A DNA stretch of 64,000 bases from an uncultured Flavobacteriaceae bacterium (GTDB lineage: Bacteria > Bacteroidota > Bacteroidia > Flavobacteriales > Flavobacteriaceae), in NCBI GenBank assembly GCA_963799365.1, contig CAWCWV010000017.1, forward strand, positions 199,342 through 263,341, in the 5' to 3' direction. The translations under genes were made by a program, and so were the position numbers. How positions within the stretch are numbered: the stretch's first letter is position 1; each line of letters begins with the position of its first letter. Below, in pieces: positions 19,133-29,180 of this stretch. The notes under the pieces are model-generated. The model made no database searches. It worked only from the letters and a program-made list of their open reading frames with translations, and was not told the origin of the DNA.

Positions 19133-19777
19133 ATGAAGATCTATGCCTACATATATCTATTTGGGTATGCATTGCTTATAGTCACGCTATTCGTACTTCC
19201 TTTTTTATCTTTTGAAGGATATGCACTTGTACGCAACACTATTGGCGAACTGGGAGCGCAAAAAGTATCGGGTAATTGGTTGGCCAATACATCCATTATG
19301 GTGCTCAGCATTGCTATTGCGCTATTAGCAACAAAGCAATTACGAATCTATTGGAAACAGCTTACGGCGCTCTATTTTTTCTGTATTTCTTTTTTCTACA
19401 CAGGTATTTATCAATTGGCTGGCCTTGATGCACACACATATATTTTCAATTATACTAATGATGCTTTACACGTTCTTTTTTCTATAATTACAGGATTTGC
19501 TTTCTGTGTTTTTTGTGTTTTCTTTATCTTTATTGTAAAAGAAAAAAAACACAAATGGCAAACAGCTGGTGCGTTCTTAGTAGCATTGTTAGCGCCTTTG
19601 CTCATGGAGTACTTTCCAGAATATAGAGGGCTTTGGCAGCGTATTCTTTTTCTGGGGATCTTTGGCTGGTTGTTTTATGCATTAACTTCGTACCCCTTGA
19701 AATGGCGCAGTAGTACTGCCTCAAGAATGAAGCGTTTTGAAGAAATTAGAAAACATATACATACAGATGAAAAGTAA
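19133..19777 (+). CDS. integral membrane protein (about 6 TM; DUF998-like)
   Basis: The hydrophobic helix pattern supports a membrane protein. The family assignment is weak. Confidence 0.4.
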   Translation: MKIYAYIYLFGYALLIVTLFVLPFLSFEGYALVRNTIGELGAQKVSGNWLANTSIMVLSIAIALLATKQLRIYWKQLTALYFFCISFFYTGIYQLAGLDAHTYIFNYTNDALHVLFSIITGFAFCVFCVFFIFIVKEKKHKWQTAGAFLVALLAPLLMEYFPEYRGLWQRILFLGIFGWLFYALTSYPLKWRSSTASRMKRFEEIRKHIHTDEK

Positions 19778-20063
19778 CTTTAAAACTATTATTAATTCAG
19801 AAACACCAGTCTTAGTAGATTTTTTTGCAGAATGGTGCGGGCCTTGCAAGGCACTAGCCCCTATACTTAAACAAGTAAAAGAAGAAATGGGCGATGCTGT
19901 GAAAATAGTAAAGATTGATATCGATAAAAACCAAGCACTTGCCAATCAGTTTCAGGTTAGGGGCGTTCCCACGATGCTATTATTCAAAAATGGAAATCTG
20001 AAATGGCGACAGTCCGGAGTGCTTCAAAAAAACGAAATTATTCAAATTATAAACAGTAAATAG
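19767..20063 (+). CDS. trxA: thioredoxin
   Basis: WCGPCK active site and [13 protein letters not shown]. The likely start is the ATG at 19767, which overlaps the upstream stop (ATGAAAAGTAA). Confidence 0.85.
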   Translation: MKSNFKTIINSETPVLVDFFAEWCGPCKALAPILKQVKEEMGDAVKIVKIDIDKNQALANQFQVRGVPTMLLFKNGNLKWRQSGVLQKNEIIQIINSK

Positions 20064-20141
20064 TTCGACCAACTAGCCTATTTTCATAATGGGTTATTTA
20101 AGAAGTAGGCAAGATTGTAAAAAGAATTAGACACCCAAATC

Positions 20142-20597
20142 ATGATTAAAAAATTAGACGATAAAGAAAAAATGCTCTTACTTAGTTCAAACTACATAGG
20201 TAGTTTAGGCTATATATTTCAGAACAAATCTTTTGTGGTGCCCATTACCTATTTCTACAACCAAGAAAAAAATAACATCATCTGTTATTCAGCCAACGGC
20301 CATAAAATTAATGCATTGAGGAAAAACAATTCGGTATCTCTTTCTGTAACCGATATCGACTCCGTCAACGACTGGAAATCGGTTTTGGTTCAAGGTACCT
20401 ATAAAGAAGTGGAGGGCAGTACCGCCAGGGCCTTGTTACATCAGTTTTCATTAGGGGTAAAGGATCTTATTCTGCGAAAAGAACTTCGTGACTTAGATTT
20501 TATTAGTCAGTTTTCCAGCAAGGTGTATAAAGATGATATACCAATAGTATTCACCATAGAAATTAATGAGATAACTGGAAGGATGCGAACGTTTTAG
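20142..20597 (+). CDS. pyridoxamine 5'-phosphate oxidase family (FMN-binding split-barrel) protein
   Basis: 151 aa. The pattern NYIGSLGYIFQNKSFVVPITYFY...NSVSLSV...WKSVLVQGTYKEV is typical of general-stress PPOX-family proteins. Confidence 0.6.
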   Translation: MIKKLDDKEKMLLLSSNYIGSLGYIFQNKSFVVPITYFYNQEKNNIICYSANGHKINALRKNNSVSLSVTDIDSVNDWKSVLVQGTYKEVEGSTARALLHQFSLGVKDLILRKELRDLDFISQFSSKVYKDDIPIVFTIEINEITGRMRTF

Positions 20598-20631
20598 TAG
20601 GATATTTCATCTTTTAAATATATAAATCAAT

Positions 20632-20663
20632 AAAAAAGGGAATCTATTAAAGATTCCCTTTTT
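20632..20663. terminator. bidirectional rho-independent terminator
   Basis: AAAAAA-GGGAATCT-attaa-AGATTCCC-TTTTT, located between convergent genes. Confidence 0.75.
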
Positions 20664-20684
20664 ACACTTAATTAAATTAGTTCA

Positions 20685-21518
20685 TTACATTTTAAAGGTC
20701 ATAATAGGTAAATCACTATGATTCACAATCCCCTCGCCTACTTTTTCTGAAAAGAAATGAGCCAAGCCGCGTCTGCCATGAGTAGGAATCACGACCAAAT
20801 CTGCTTCCACCTCGTTGCTGAAGCTATAAATCCCGTGTTCTAATCTATAATCGCAATAATAGGCTGTATTGTCATAGACATCAGTATTATCCACGCCACT
20901 TTGCATCATAAATGTAAAGGCACGTTCCTGCATTTGTTGATTGCTTAGAAATTTTTCTGGTGTATTGATAAAAACCACTTGAAACTCTGCACCAATTTTT
21001 TCAAAGAAATTCCAGGCATTTTTAAAGGGTTCTACATAATCCATATTAAAGTCACACGCAAAGACAACCTTATCCATTTTAAAATTATTCATTCTATTTT
21101 TTACCACAAGTACAGGTATTTCTGAAGTACGAACTACTTTTTCGGTATTGGAGCCAACAAACACTTCTTTGAGACCACTGGCCCCGTGAGAACCCATCAC
21201 AATCAAATCGGCTTTAAAATCTTTGGCTACATTATTGATCTCATGAAATTCTTTGTAGTTCTGAACAGTCGTTTCAACTGTTATTCCTTTTAGATAGTCT
21301 TTGTCTAAAAAGTCACTAAAACGTTTTTCGGCCAGCTTCATATAATAAATGGCTTCAAACATCTCTTGAGATTCATCTCTCGTTAGTACAGCTTCAGAAA
21401 GCCCCATCATATGTAAGGCAATTAATGAAGCATTGTTTTTTCTAGCTATGGTGGCTGCCACTTCTAAAGCATAATCTGAATGTTCAGAAAAATCGATGGG
21501 TATAAGTATCTTTTTCAT
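20685..21518 (-). CDS. universal stress protein (two USP domains)
   Basis: ILIPIDFSEHSDYALEVA, IVMGSHGASG, IPVLVV and C-terminal LPIMTFK motifs. Confidence 0.85.
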   Translation of the reverse strand: MKKILIPIDFSEHSDYALEVAATIARKNNASLIALHMMGLSEAVLTRDESQEMFEAIYYMKLAEKRFSDFLDKDYLKGITVETTVQNYKEFHEINNVAKDFKADLIVMGSHGASGLKEVFVGSNTEKVVRTSEIPVLVVKNRMNNFKMDKVVFACDFNMDYVEPFKNAWNFFEKIGAEFQVVFINTPEKFLSNQQMQERAFTFMMQSGVDNTDVYDNTAYYCDYRLEHGIYSFSNEVEADLVVIPTHGRRGLAHFFSEKVGEGIVNHSDLPIMTFKM

Positions 21519-21830
21519 TTAAGAGGATATATTTTGTTTTGTAAATTTTGCTTTCCGCTTTTTTAATTGCTTTTCAATGTCACTAATGGTCTCTTTAACT
21601 GCCATTTCAAAGTTTTTTTCATTGGAAGTTGCAAAAATCTTCGGTCCTGGAAGACTCACTTCCATTTCGCAGATATGACCATTTTCGCTTGGGTCGTTTT
21701 CTATTTTGAAGAATACATCAATCCGTACGATCCAATCATATTTCTTTTCAATTTTTTGAAGCTTTTTGGTAACATACGCAGACATACTTTCGCTAGTCTT
21801 CATTTTTACATATTGAATTTGTATCGTCAT
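21519..21830 (-). CDS. hpf: ribosome hibernation promoting factor / RaiA family
   Basis: 103 aa with the short HPF pattern (YVTKKLQKIEKKY...EVSLPGPKIFATSNEKNFEMAV...KQLKKRK). Its stop abuts the start of the downstream USP gene. Confidence 0.75.
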   Translation of the reverse strand: MTIQIQYVKMKTSESMSAYVTKKLQKIEKKYDWIVRIDVFFKIENDPSENGHICEMEVSLPGPKIFATSNEKNFEMAVKETISDIEKQLKKRKAKFTKQNISS

Positions 21831-21884
21831 AACTTTTTATTAAAATTCTACCTCAAAAGTAAGAACCAGGGAAAGAGTAAACTA

Positions 21885-21896
21885 TGATAAATATCA
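21885..21896 (-). promoter_or_regulatory. FNR/FixK/CRP-like palindromic box TGATAAATATCA
   Basis: 55 nt upstream of the hpf start. It lies 23 nt upstream of TACTTTTG on the minus strand. Confidence 0.65.
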
Positions 21897-22380
21897 GTTG
21901 TGAATTATGAACCAATTTTAATTAGTTCTACGGTTGTGGAGGCTAATTAAACCTTCCCGTCTGTATCCAATATTTTTTTATGAATTCTTTCGTATTAATT
22001 TTTACTCAAAATTATTAAATACTAAATGCTAGAAAAAGTAAGAAGATGAGAAAATAATTATGCCCAGAACTGGTTGCAACACTCCAAATTTTGAAGCAAC
22101 TATCACACAAAAAACTAAAATTTAAGACTTTGCCGATTGAAATGGGTGATTATTTTTCATTTCCAACCAACTTTACACCGGTTTATAGCTTAGAACTAAG
22201 TGGTTTTGCTAAACCAAAAGAAGCATTTATATGCCATTTCAATAATAGCCGATATTGAGATGCTGGTAGCCTAGCTATACAGAATGTTACAACCTATCGA
22301 AAGTTAATTAGCAGCAGTACGAAAGTTACCTATTCAAGTGAAATTAAAATTAATTTGATGGTTACTATAAGGTATCTAGT

Positions 22381-23076
22381 TTAACTTTTTAGCAGCGGTT
22401 TTAAGGTTTCCCAGACGGTATTAGCTACTATTTTATGTCCTTCAATAGTTGGATGAATACCATCTGCTTGGTTTAATCCTGGGACTCCACCAACATCTTT
22501 CAAAATAAAAGGTATAAAAGCGACGTTATTTTGTTCAGCTAAGTCCACATAGAGCTGTCTGAAACCATTTGTGTATTCCTGTCCCATATTTGGGGGCAAT
22601 TCCATGCCAGCAAGAATGATTTTGGTTGCTGGACTTTTTTCTTTCACCACATCAATTATATCCTGTAAATTAGAACGTGTTTCAGATAATGCTACGCCAC
22701 GTAGGCCATCATTGGCACCAAGCTCCAATAAAAAAATAGCTATGTTCTGTTGTACTACCCAGTCAATTCTACTTTTACCACCAGCAGTTGTTTCGCCACT
22801 TACTCCGGAGTTGATCACCGTGTACTCCATGTCTAAAGAGTCAATCTTTTGTTGCACCACTGCAGGATAGGCGTCATTGCTATCTTCCAATCCATACCCT
22901 GCAGTAATGCTATCTCCAAAAAAGAGAATTTTTTTGGTATTAGGTTTTGTTGCTAAAATAGCTTCACTCTCTTCTTCAGCAATTTGACCTTCAGTTGCTT
23001 TTTCAGTTTTCACATCGCCACAGGACAAAAGAAATAAGGCTATAAAAAAATAACTAAACTTTATGAGTTTTGACAT
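22381..23076 (-). CDS. SGNH/GDSL arylesterase-lysophospholipase (TesA-like) lipoprotein
   Basis: FFGDSITAGYG (block I), GANDG and DGIHPT motifs. It is divergent from ybbA/ybbP-like genes, as in E. coli tesA-ybbAP. The likely start is MSKLIKF at 23076. Confidence 0.8.
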   Translation of the reverse strand: MSKLIKFSYFFIALFLLSCGDVKTEKATEGQIAEEESEAILATKPNTKKILFFGDSITAGYGLEDSNDAYPAVVQQKIDSLDMEYTVINSGVSGETTAGGKSRIDWVVQQNIAIFLLELGANDGLRGVALSETRSNLQDIIDVVKEKSPATKIILAGMELPPNMGQEYTNGFRQLYVDLAEQNNVAFIPFILKDVGGVPGLNQADGIHPTIEGHKIVANTVWETLKPLLKS

Positions 23077-23150
23077 ATATGACATTGGTAAATTAAAGTG
23101 AAATTGTTTATTATACAACTTGATTATATATTGCTATTTAAATTAAAACC

Positions 23151-23840
23151 ATGTCAAAGATATTAAAGATTACCGGTTTGGAAAAAACATACATTAGTGG
23201 CGACAAGCAAATAAAAGTCTTACAAGATATCAGCTTTGATGTTGAGGAAGGCAAGACTTTTTCAATTGTAGGACCTTCGGGAAGTGGTAAAACTACTTTA
23301 TTGGGTCTGTGTGCTGGTCTGGATGCTCCAAGTGCAGGTTCAGTATTATTGTGCGAAAAGGATTTAAGTAGCTTAAATGAAGACCAACGTGCGCAATTAC
23401 GAAATAAGGAAGTAGGTTTTATATTTCAGAATTTTCAATTGTTACCAACACTTACAGCACTTGAAAATGTGAGCGTCCCTTTAGAATTACAGGGGGCAAA
23501 AAATGCAATACAAAAAAGCAGAAATTTATTAGAAAAGGTAGGGCTAGCAGACCGGGTCCACCACTACCCGTCTCAATTATCTGGTGGCGAGCAGCAACGT
23601 GTAGCACTTGCAAGAGCTTTTGCGAATACACCTTCCATCCTATTTGCAGATGAACCCACAGGAAATCTGGATGCTGAAACCGGTGAAAAAGTGATTCAGT
23701 TATTATTCGATTTGAACAAAGAAAAAGGTACCACCTTGGTCATAATAACCCACGATCTAGAATTAGCCAACCGTACGCAGCAAATACTGAAACTTAAAGG
23801 TGGGAAAATAGTAACCAATCAACCTACTCCCATATTTTGA
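23151..23840 (+). CDS. ABC transporter ATP-binding protein (YbbA/LolD-like)
   Basis: [34 protein letters not shown] and ITHD motifs. Confidence 0.85.
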   Translation: MSKILKITGLEKTYISGDKQIKVLQDISFDVEEGKTFSIVGPSGSGKTTLLGLCAGLDAPSAGSVLLCEKDLSSLNEDQRAQLRNKEVGFIFQNFQLLPTLTALENVSVPLELQGAKNAIQKSRNLLEKVGLADRVHHYPSQLSGGEQQRVALARAFANTPSILFADEPTGNLDAETGEKVIQLLFDLNKEKGTTLVIITHDLELANRTQQILKLKGGKIVTNQPTPIF

Positions 23841-26383
23841 ACAATTTAAAATCTAACAATAATTTGCAGATACCTTGGCTTTTTAAAATGGCCTGGCGTG
23901 ATGCCAAAACCAGCAAAGTACGTTTGCTGCTATTTATGGCATCTATTATTTTGGGGATTGCAGCAGTTGTTTCCATACAATTGTTCAGCACGAATTTAAA
24001 GGATACCATTCAGCGCCAATCAAAAATTATGATGGGAGCCGATTTCATTATAGATTCCAGGCAAATACCAACAGTACGTGCTCAAGCAATCATCGATTCG
24101 TTACAGCCTGATGCATATGAAGTCAACTTTGTTTCCATGGCAGCTTTTCCAAAAAGTGGCAGCACCAAATTAGTAAAAGTTCGCGGTTTAGAAGGTAGTT
24201 TTCCCTTTTATGGAAAGTTAGAAACTCAACCGTGTGTCGCAGCAACTACCTACCAAGAATCAGCTGGTGCCTTGGTAGATGCCACGCTTATGCTTCAGTT
24301 TAATGTGAAGGTAGGCGATTCTATAAAAGTAGGCGAGCTTACCATTCCTATTGTGGGTGCCTTACAATCTATTCCAGGAACTTCCGCCATTTCTAGCTCT
24401 GTGGCGCCACTTGTTATAATTCCATATCGCTTTATAGCATCTACAAATTTATTGCAATATGGAAGCCGAAAAGAATACCAATATTTTTATAAGGTACTAG
24501 ATACGGTAAATCTAAAGAAGCTTCAAGACAAACTTGAACCTGCATTGGATATGGAAAATGCCGATCTAGACACACATACCAGCACTACCCAACGCTTGGG
24601 CAGACGTTACGATAATGTAGGAAAGTTTCTAAATTTAGCAGCTTTTATTGCATTGCTTTTAGGATGTATTGGCATCGCCAGTTCGGTACATATTTACATA
24701 AAAGAAAAATTAAATACCATTGCGATTTTGAAGTGTATGGGCGCCTCCAGACTCCAAAGTTTTCTCATTTTCTTGATTCAGATTGCTGGGATTGGAATTA
24801 TTGGAGGCATTGTCGGGTCACTCATAGGTGTTGGTATTCAGGGGATTTTTCCGTATTTACTGAAAGAATTTTTACCCTTTACAATTGAAATTACTATTTC
24901 GGCTGAACCTATACTCATTGGAGTACTGCTCGGATTATTTATGTCGGTTCTATTTGCGCTACTCCCCTTACTAAGAACCTGGTATGTGTCCCCTTTAGAT
25001 GTATTGCGAGTGGATGAAAATTCCTCTCAAGAACCTCAAAAAATAAGGGTTTTGGTTTTCGGAGCCATTTTGGTATTCCTGTTTTTATTCTCATTTTGGC
25101 TTATTAAAGATGCACTGTATGCCCTAATATTTGTAGGTGCTACCATACTTACATTTGCGATTATAGCAGGTGTCGCTTTGTTTTTTATAAAGATGGTAAA
25201 ACGTTTTTTTCCAAAGCGTTGGAGCTTTACCGCACGACAAAGTTTACTTAATCTTTTTAGACCTAACAATCAAACCGTTGTCTTGGTGGTTGCTATAGGC
25301 TTAGGCACGTTCTTGATTAGCACCTTGTATTTTACCAAGGATATCCTGTTAGCAAAGACAGAAATTGGGCAGACTGCCGAAAATGCAAACATCATCATTT
25401 TAGACATTCAACCTGAACAGCGCGATTCAGTAGCTACAAGTATTTCTAATATAGGATTGAGGGTTCTTAATAGTATCCCATTGGTGACTATGCGCATGCA
25501 CAGTATTAATGGAAAGTTGATAAATGAATTACAACAAGACAGCACCCGTCAAGTACGGGGTTGGATTTTGAACCACGAATTTAGAACCACCTACCGCAAA
25601 ACGCTTACGCCCTCTGAAAAATTAATGGATGGTACTTGGGTTTCAGAAGTAAAGGCAGGAGATCCAGTATTTATTTCTATTTCAGAAAACCTTGCTACAG
25701 ACTCCAAACTTACCGTTGGCGATCCTGTTGTTTTTAATGTGCAAGGGGTATTAATGGAAGCAACTGTAGGGAGTATACGACAAGTAGATTGGGCACAAAT
25801 GCAGCTTAATTTTAGCATCGTGTTTCCTAAAGGCGTCCTTGAGCAAGCGCCACAATTTAATGTTTTTACAACTCAGGTAGCAGACGAGCAAGGCTCTGCA
25901 AGGTTACAACAAGATCTAGTTGCCAAATTTCCGAACGTGACCATTATCGATTTAAGACAAGTATATACTTTGGTTGAAGATGTATTAAACCAAGTATCTT
26001 GGGTTATCAATTTTATGGCCTTCTTTAGTATTCTTACAGGAATCATAGTATTAATTGGTTCCGTAAGAACAAGTAAATATCAGCGTATTAGAGAAAGTGT
26101 ATTGCTTAGAACATTGGGTGCTACTAATAAACAGATTTTAAAAATTGCAGCATTAGAGTATGTCTTTTTAGGGTTGCTTGGAAGTTTGGTTGGTATCATA
26201 CTGGCCTTACTAAGCGCATTTTGCCTGGCCACGTTTGTATTTAAAGAGCCTTTTCTACCCTCCATAATTCCTTTTGTGGTGTTTGTGCCAGGAATTACAG
26301 TATTGATTTTAGGAATTGGCTTAAGTAACATCCAAACCGTATTGCACAGCTCGCCTTTGGAGGTGTTACGTAGGGAAACTTAA
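23837..26383 (+). CDS. FtsX-like ABC transporter permease (YbbP-like, duplicated FtsX domains)
   Basis: 848 aa with two clusters of TM helices separated by large periplasmic domains. It overlaps the ATPase gene by 4 nt. Confidence 0.75.
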   Translation: MNNLKSNNNLQIPWLFKMAWRDAKTSKVRLLLFMASIILGIAAVVSIQLFSTNLKDTIQRQSKIMMGADFIIDSRQIPTVRAQAIIDSLQPDAYEVNFVSMAAFPKSGSTKLVKVRGLEGSFPFYGKLETQPCVAATTYQESAGALVDATLMLQFNVKVGDSIKVGELTIPIVGALQSIPGTSAISSSVAPLVIIPYRFIASTNLLQYGSRKEYQYFYKVLDTVNLKKLQDKLEPALDMENADLDTHTSTTQRLGRRYDNVGKFLNLAAFIALLLGCIGIASSVHIYIKEKLNTIAILKCMGASRLQSFLIFLIQIAGIGIIGGIVGSLIGVGIQGIFPYLLKEFLPFTIEITISAEPILIGVLLGLFMSVLFALLPLLRTWYVSPLDVLRVDENSSQEPQKIRVLVFGAILVFLFLFSFWLIKDALYALIFVGATILTFAIIAGVALFFIKMVKRFFPKRWSFTARQSLLNLFRPNNQTVVLVVAIGLGTFLISTLYFTKDILLAKTEIGQTAENANIIILDIQPEQRDSVATSISNIGLRVLNSIPLVTMRMHSINGKLINELQQDSTRQVRGWILNHEFRTTYRKTLTPSEKLMDGTWVSEVKAGDPVFISISENLATDSKLTVGDPVVFNVQGVLMEATVGSIRQVDWAQMQLNFSIVFPKGVLEQAPQFNVFTTQVADEQGSARLQQDLVAKFPNVTIIDLRQVYTLVEDVLNQVSWVINFMAFFSILTGIIVLIGSVRTSKYQRIRESVLLRTLGATNKQILKIAALEYVFLGLLGSLVGIILALLSAFCLATFVFKEPFLPSIIPFVVFVPGITVLILGIGLSNIQTVLHSSPLEVLRRET

Positions 26384-26404
26384 TTTATATGATTCAATTT
26401 TTTA

Positions 26405-27826
26405 CTAATTGAAATTATCACCAATTCCCAAAACGTTATACAAACTCGCGTTTGCCTGTAATGATCTAACCTGAAGTTCATTCGCCTTTAAGCGTGCCTC
26501 AATTAATTTTTGCTCACGTGAATTTACCAAAAACAAAGAGCTCTCTCCTAATTGAAACTTTCGCTCTTCGGCAGCGACAAGGGTTTGATAATCTCCAACT
26601 ATTTGTGTTACAAGAATATTTTGTGTCTGCAAGGAATTTATTTCTATAGTCACAGCGGTTATTTTATTTTGAAGTGTAAGCGATGTAGCCGTTCGTTCAA
26701 AATTGGCGTCTTGTATTTTAAGGTTGGTTAATTTTAAATCGCCACGTTCTTTTCTAAGAAAAATAGGAAAACTTACTTGTAAGCCTGCTTTATAATTTGC
26801 TGTGTTAAAACTATTAAGCTGATCTCTATCTGGTGTTAAAAAATTGTATTGTAAATCTACCTTCGGCAATAGCTTGTTCCGTTTCAAAAATCGGTCTACT
26901 TCCAGGCTTTCTACCTTGGCATCTATACTTCGCAATATAGGGTGATTTACTAACGATGCTTCATTTATGGTGATACCTTCCAGAAATAAGGAGTTTTGTA
27001 TAATTTCAGTAGATGGCGCCTGAGGCACCATAGCATCCTCAATTTGCAAAGGCACCTGGTCTAACCACAAATAATTACTCACTTTTAAGGCAGCTTTTCT
27101 CCTTTTTAGCCAAGCAGCTTCCAGATTTAGCCTTCTATCCTGCCACGTAATTCTTGCTTCAGTACTATCTATGGCAGCTTTATCGCCTTCTTCCACGCTC
27201 CGTTTTACGCCTTTAAAACGTATTTCGGCATTGCTTAAAAAGCTTTCGTAAATCTGTTGTTCATTATAAGCTTCAACCCATTCAAAATAGGTTACGCTTG
27301 CATCAAAAATAAGTTGGTTAATGAGTAAGTCCCTTTCTGCTTTGGTTTGTTCTACAAAAAACTTAGCTTTCTTTAAGGTAGCCATACGTTCGTTTATTAA
27401 AAACCCTTGTGCTAGTGAAAATGAAACTCCTGCACTATACAATCCTTCATCAGGCACTGTTAAACTTGGATCTAAGAAAGTACCCGTATTTTCTTCAAAA
27501 TTTGCTTTAAATTCTATTCCATACCATGTTGGAATTTTAAAGGCTGCGTTTAACTGATCGTAATATTCTGTCCCTTTGAACTTTTTTCGGTCGTAGTCTA
27601 CTTCAATCTTTGGATCAAAACCGCCTCGTGCACTTAGCAAATTGGCTTCCCCTATGCTTAACTGTAAGTTGGCCTGCTTTGCCAAAGGGTGGTATTTCTT
27701 TACATACCCCAGATATTCTTCAAAAGTAAAAACGCTATCTAATGAATGAGCAGGTACTTGAGCCGAAATCATCGTACTAAAGACCCAAAAGCTTAAGCAT
27801 AAAATAGTATTGAAACATCTTTGCAT
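26405..27826 (-). CDS. TolC-family outer membrane efflux protein
   Basis: 473 aa with a signal peptide and coiled-coil repeat halves. It is the last gene of the TetR-ABC-HlyD operon. Confidence 0.75.
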   Translation of the reverse strand: MQRCFNTILCLSFWVFSTMISAQVPAHSLDSVFTFEEYLGYVKKYHPLAKQANLQLSIGEANLLSARGGFDPKIEVDYDRKKFKGTEYYDQLNAAFKIPTWYGIEFKANFEENTGTFLDPSLTVPDEGLYSAGVSFSLAQGFLINERMATLKKAKFFVEQTKAERDLLINQLIFDASVTYFEWVEAYNEQQIYESFLSNAEIRFKGVKRSVEEGDKAAIDSTEARITWQDRRLNLEAAWLKRRKAALKVSNYLWLDQVPLQIEDAMVPQAPSTEIIQNSLFLEGITINEASLVNHPILRSIDAKVESLEVDRFLKRNKLLPKVDLQYNFLTPDRDQLNSFNTANYKAGLQVSFPIFLRKERGDLKLTNLKIQDANFERTATSLTLQNKITAVTIEINSLQTQNILVTQIVGDYQTLVAAEERKFQLGESSLFLVNSREQKLIEARLKANELQVRSLQANASLYNVLGIGDNFN

Positions 27827-27833
27827 AATTAGT

Positions 27834-29180
27834 TTATTTTGTAGTTTTTGCAGCAGTTTTTGGGGTATAATAGTTGGGTGGAAATCCGTTCAGCTGTCGC
27901 CATATTTCATACCAAATAGGAACGTCTTCCAACAATGCGATAGTATAAGCACCAGAGCCCGCGCGCATATTTTCAGGCCACTTTTCGGCTTGTGGATCTG
28001 GGGCGATAAGAATTCTGAATTTCCCATTATCACTTATAAATGTTTCCACTGCAACCACTTTACCCCCATAAGTTCCAAATGAAGCATTGGGCCATCCACT
28101 AAAGAAAATCGCTGGCCAGCCATCAAATTGAATTCGAACTTCTTCCTCCAAATGAATCAACGGCAAATCTATTGGATCTACAAAAGTCTCTACGGCCAGG
28201 TCATAATCTGACGGCATAATGTTTACCAATCGCTCCCCTTCCTTAAAGGTTTCCCCCAACCCTGCTCGTATGGCTTTGTTTATATATCCATTTTGTGGGG
28301 CCGTTACGTAATACATAGCATTGCGCATCTCGTAATTGGTGGATTGACTTTCTAGCTTCTGTACTTCGGCAACAGTTTCAAATTGGCTGGACTCTGCTGT
28401 GAAACGTTCGCTACTGGCTTTAGCAATTTTATCTGCATATTCTGCTGCAACCCGACTTATCTCAACCTGAGCGTTAATTACTTCGTTCTGACTTGCGAGG
28501 TATTTATTTTCCTGTGAAATAAGTTTCGCTTGTGTTTCTTGTGTTTTTAACCGTTTTTCTTCTACATCTACAACCGATTTTAATCCTTCCTGTTGAAGTG
28601 TTTCGGTACGGTTAAATTGTCTTTCTGCAATGTCCAGATTGGTTCTTGCAGCTATCAAATCTATACTATCACTTTTAACTTTAAGACGCGCTTGTTTTAA
28701 CTTGTTTTCGGCTTGTTGCAATTTCAGCATACGTTCTTGATTCAATGCTGATATCTGATTTTTTAATGCTGAAATCTTACCGTCGTAAGACACTACAGAT
28801 TGTGTTTTAGCATCGCGCTGGGCATTGGTTCGCTCTACCAGTCTCGGATCTTGATATTCCGTTTTTATTTCAGAAATAAATAAAATCGTATCTCCTTTGT
28901 TTACAAAATCCCCTTCTTTTACAAACCACTGTTCAATACGTCCCGGAATTTGAGATTGTATGGTTTGTGGGCGTTGTCCGGGCGTTAGGGTAGTAACGTA
29001 GCCGTTCCCGGTAACATTTTGAGTCCAGGGTAGCATTAGGATTAGAAAGACTGTAATTCCAAATGCCAACAAAAACCGATTAAACATCTTGTAATGCTTG
29101 GCTTTGAAAGCCTTAGAAAATGAATTATACCCTTCTAAAGTCACCTTCTTATTTAATTGATTGTGTGAAATATTAAGCAT
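27834..29180 (-). CDS. HlyD-family membrane fusion protein
   Basis: N-terminal TM helix, a long coiled coil, and lipoyl/beta-barrel segments (GDFVNKGDTILFI). Confidence 0.8.
   Translation of the reverse strand: MLNISHNQLNKKVTLEGYNSFSKAFKAKHYKMFNRFLLAFGITVFLILMLPWTQNVTGNGYVTTLTPGQRPQTIQSQIPGRIEQWFVKEGDFVNKGDTILFISEIKTEYQDPRLVERTNAQRDAKTQSVVSYDGKISALKNQISALNQERMLKLQQAENKLKQARLKVKSDSIDLIAARTNLDIAERQFNRTETLQQEGLKSVVDVEEKRLKTQETQAKLISQENKYLASQNEVINAQVEISRVAAEYADKIAKASSERFTAESSQFETVAEVQKLESQSTNYEMRNAMYYVTAPQNGYINKAIRAGLGETFKEGERLVNIMPSDYDLAVETFVDPIDLPLIHLEEEVRIQFDGWPAIFFSGWPNASFGTYGGKVVAVETFISDNGKFRILIAPDPQAEKWPENMRAGSGAYTIALLEDVPIWYEIWRQLNGFPPNYYTPKTAAKTTK

Noticed and set aside
21900-22380. 480-bp gene-free region (and the similar 9510-9900 region) as a possible ncRNA, tRNA or degraded gene
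   Set aside because: No tRNA-like arms, conserved riboswitch cores, terminators or long ORFs could be recognised by eye. A covariance-model search would be needed, so nothing is claimed.
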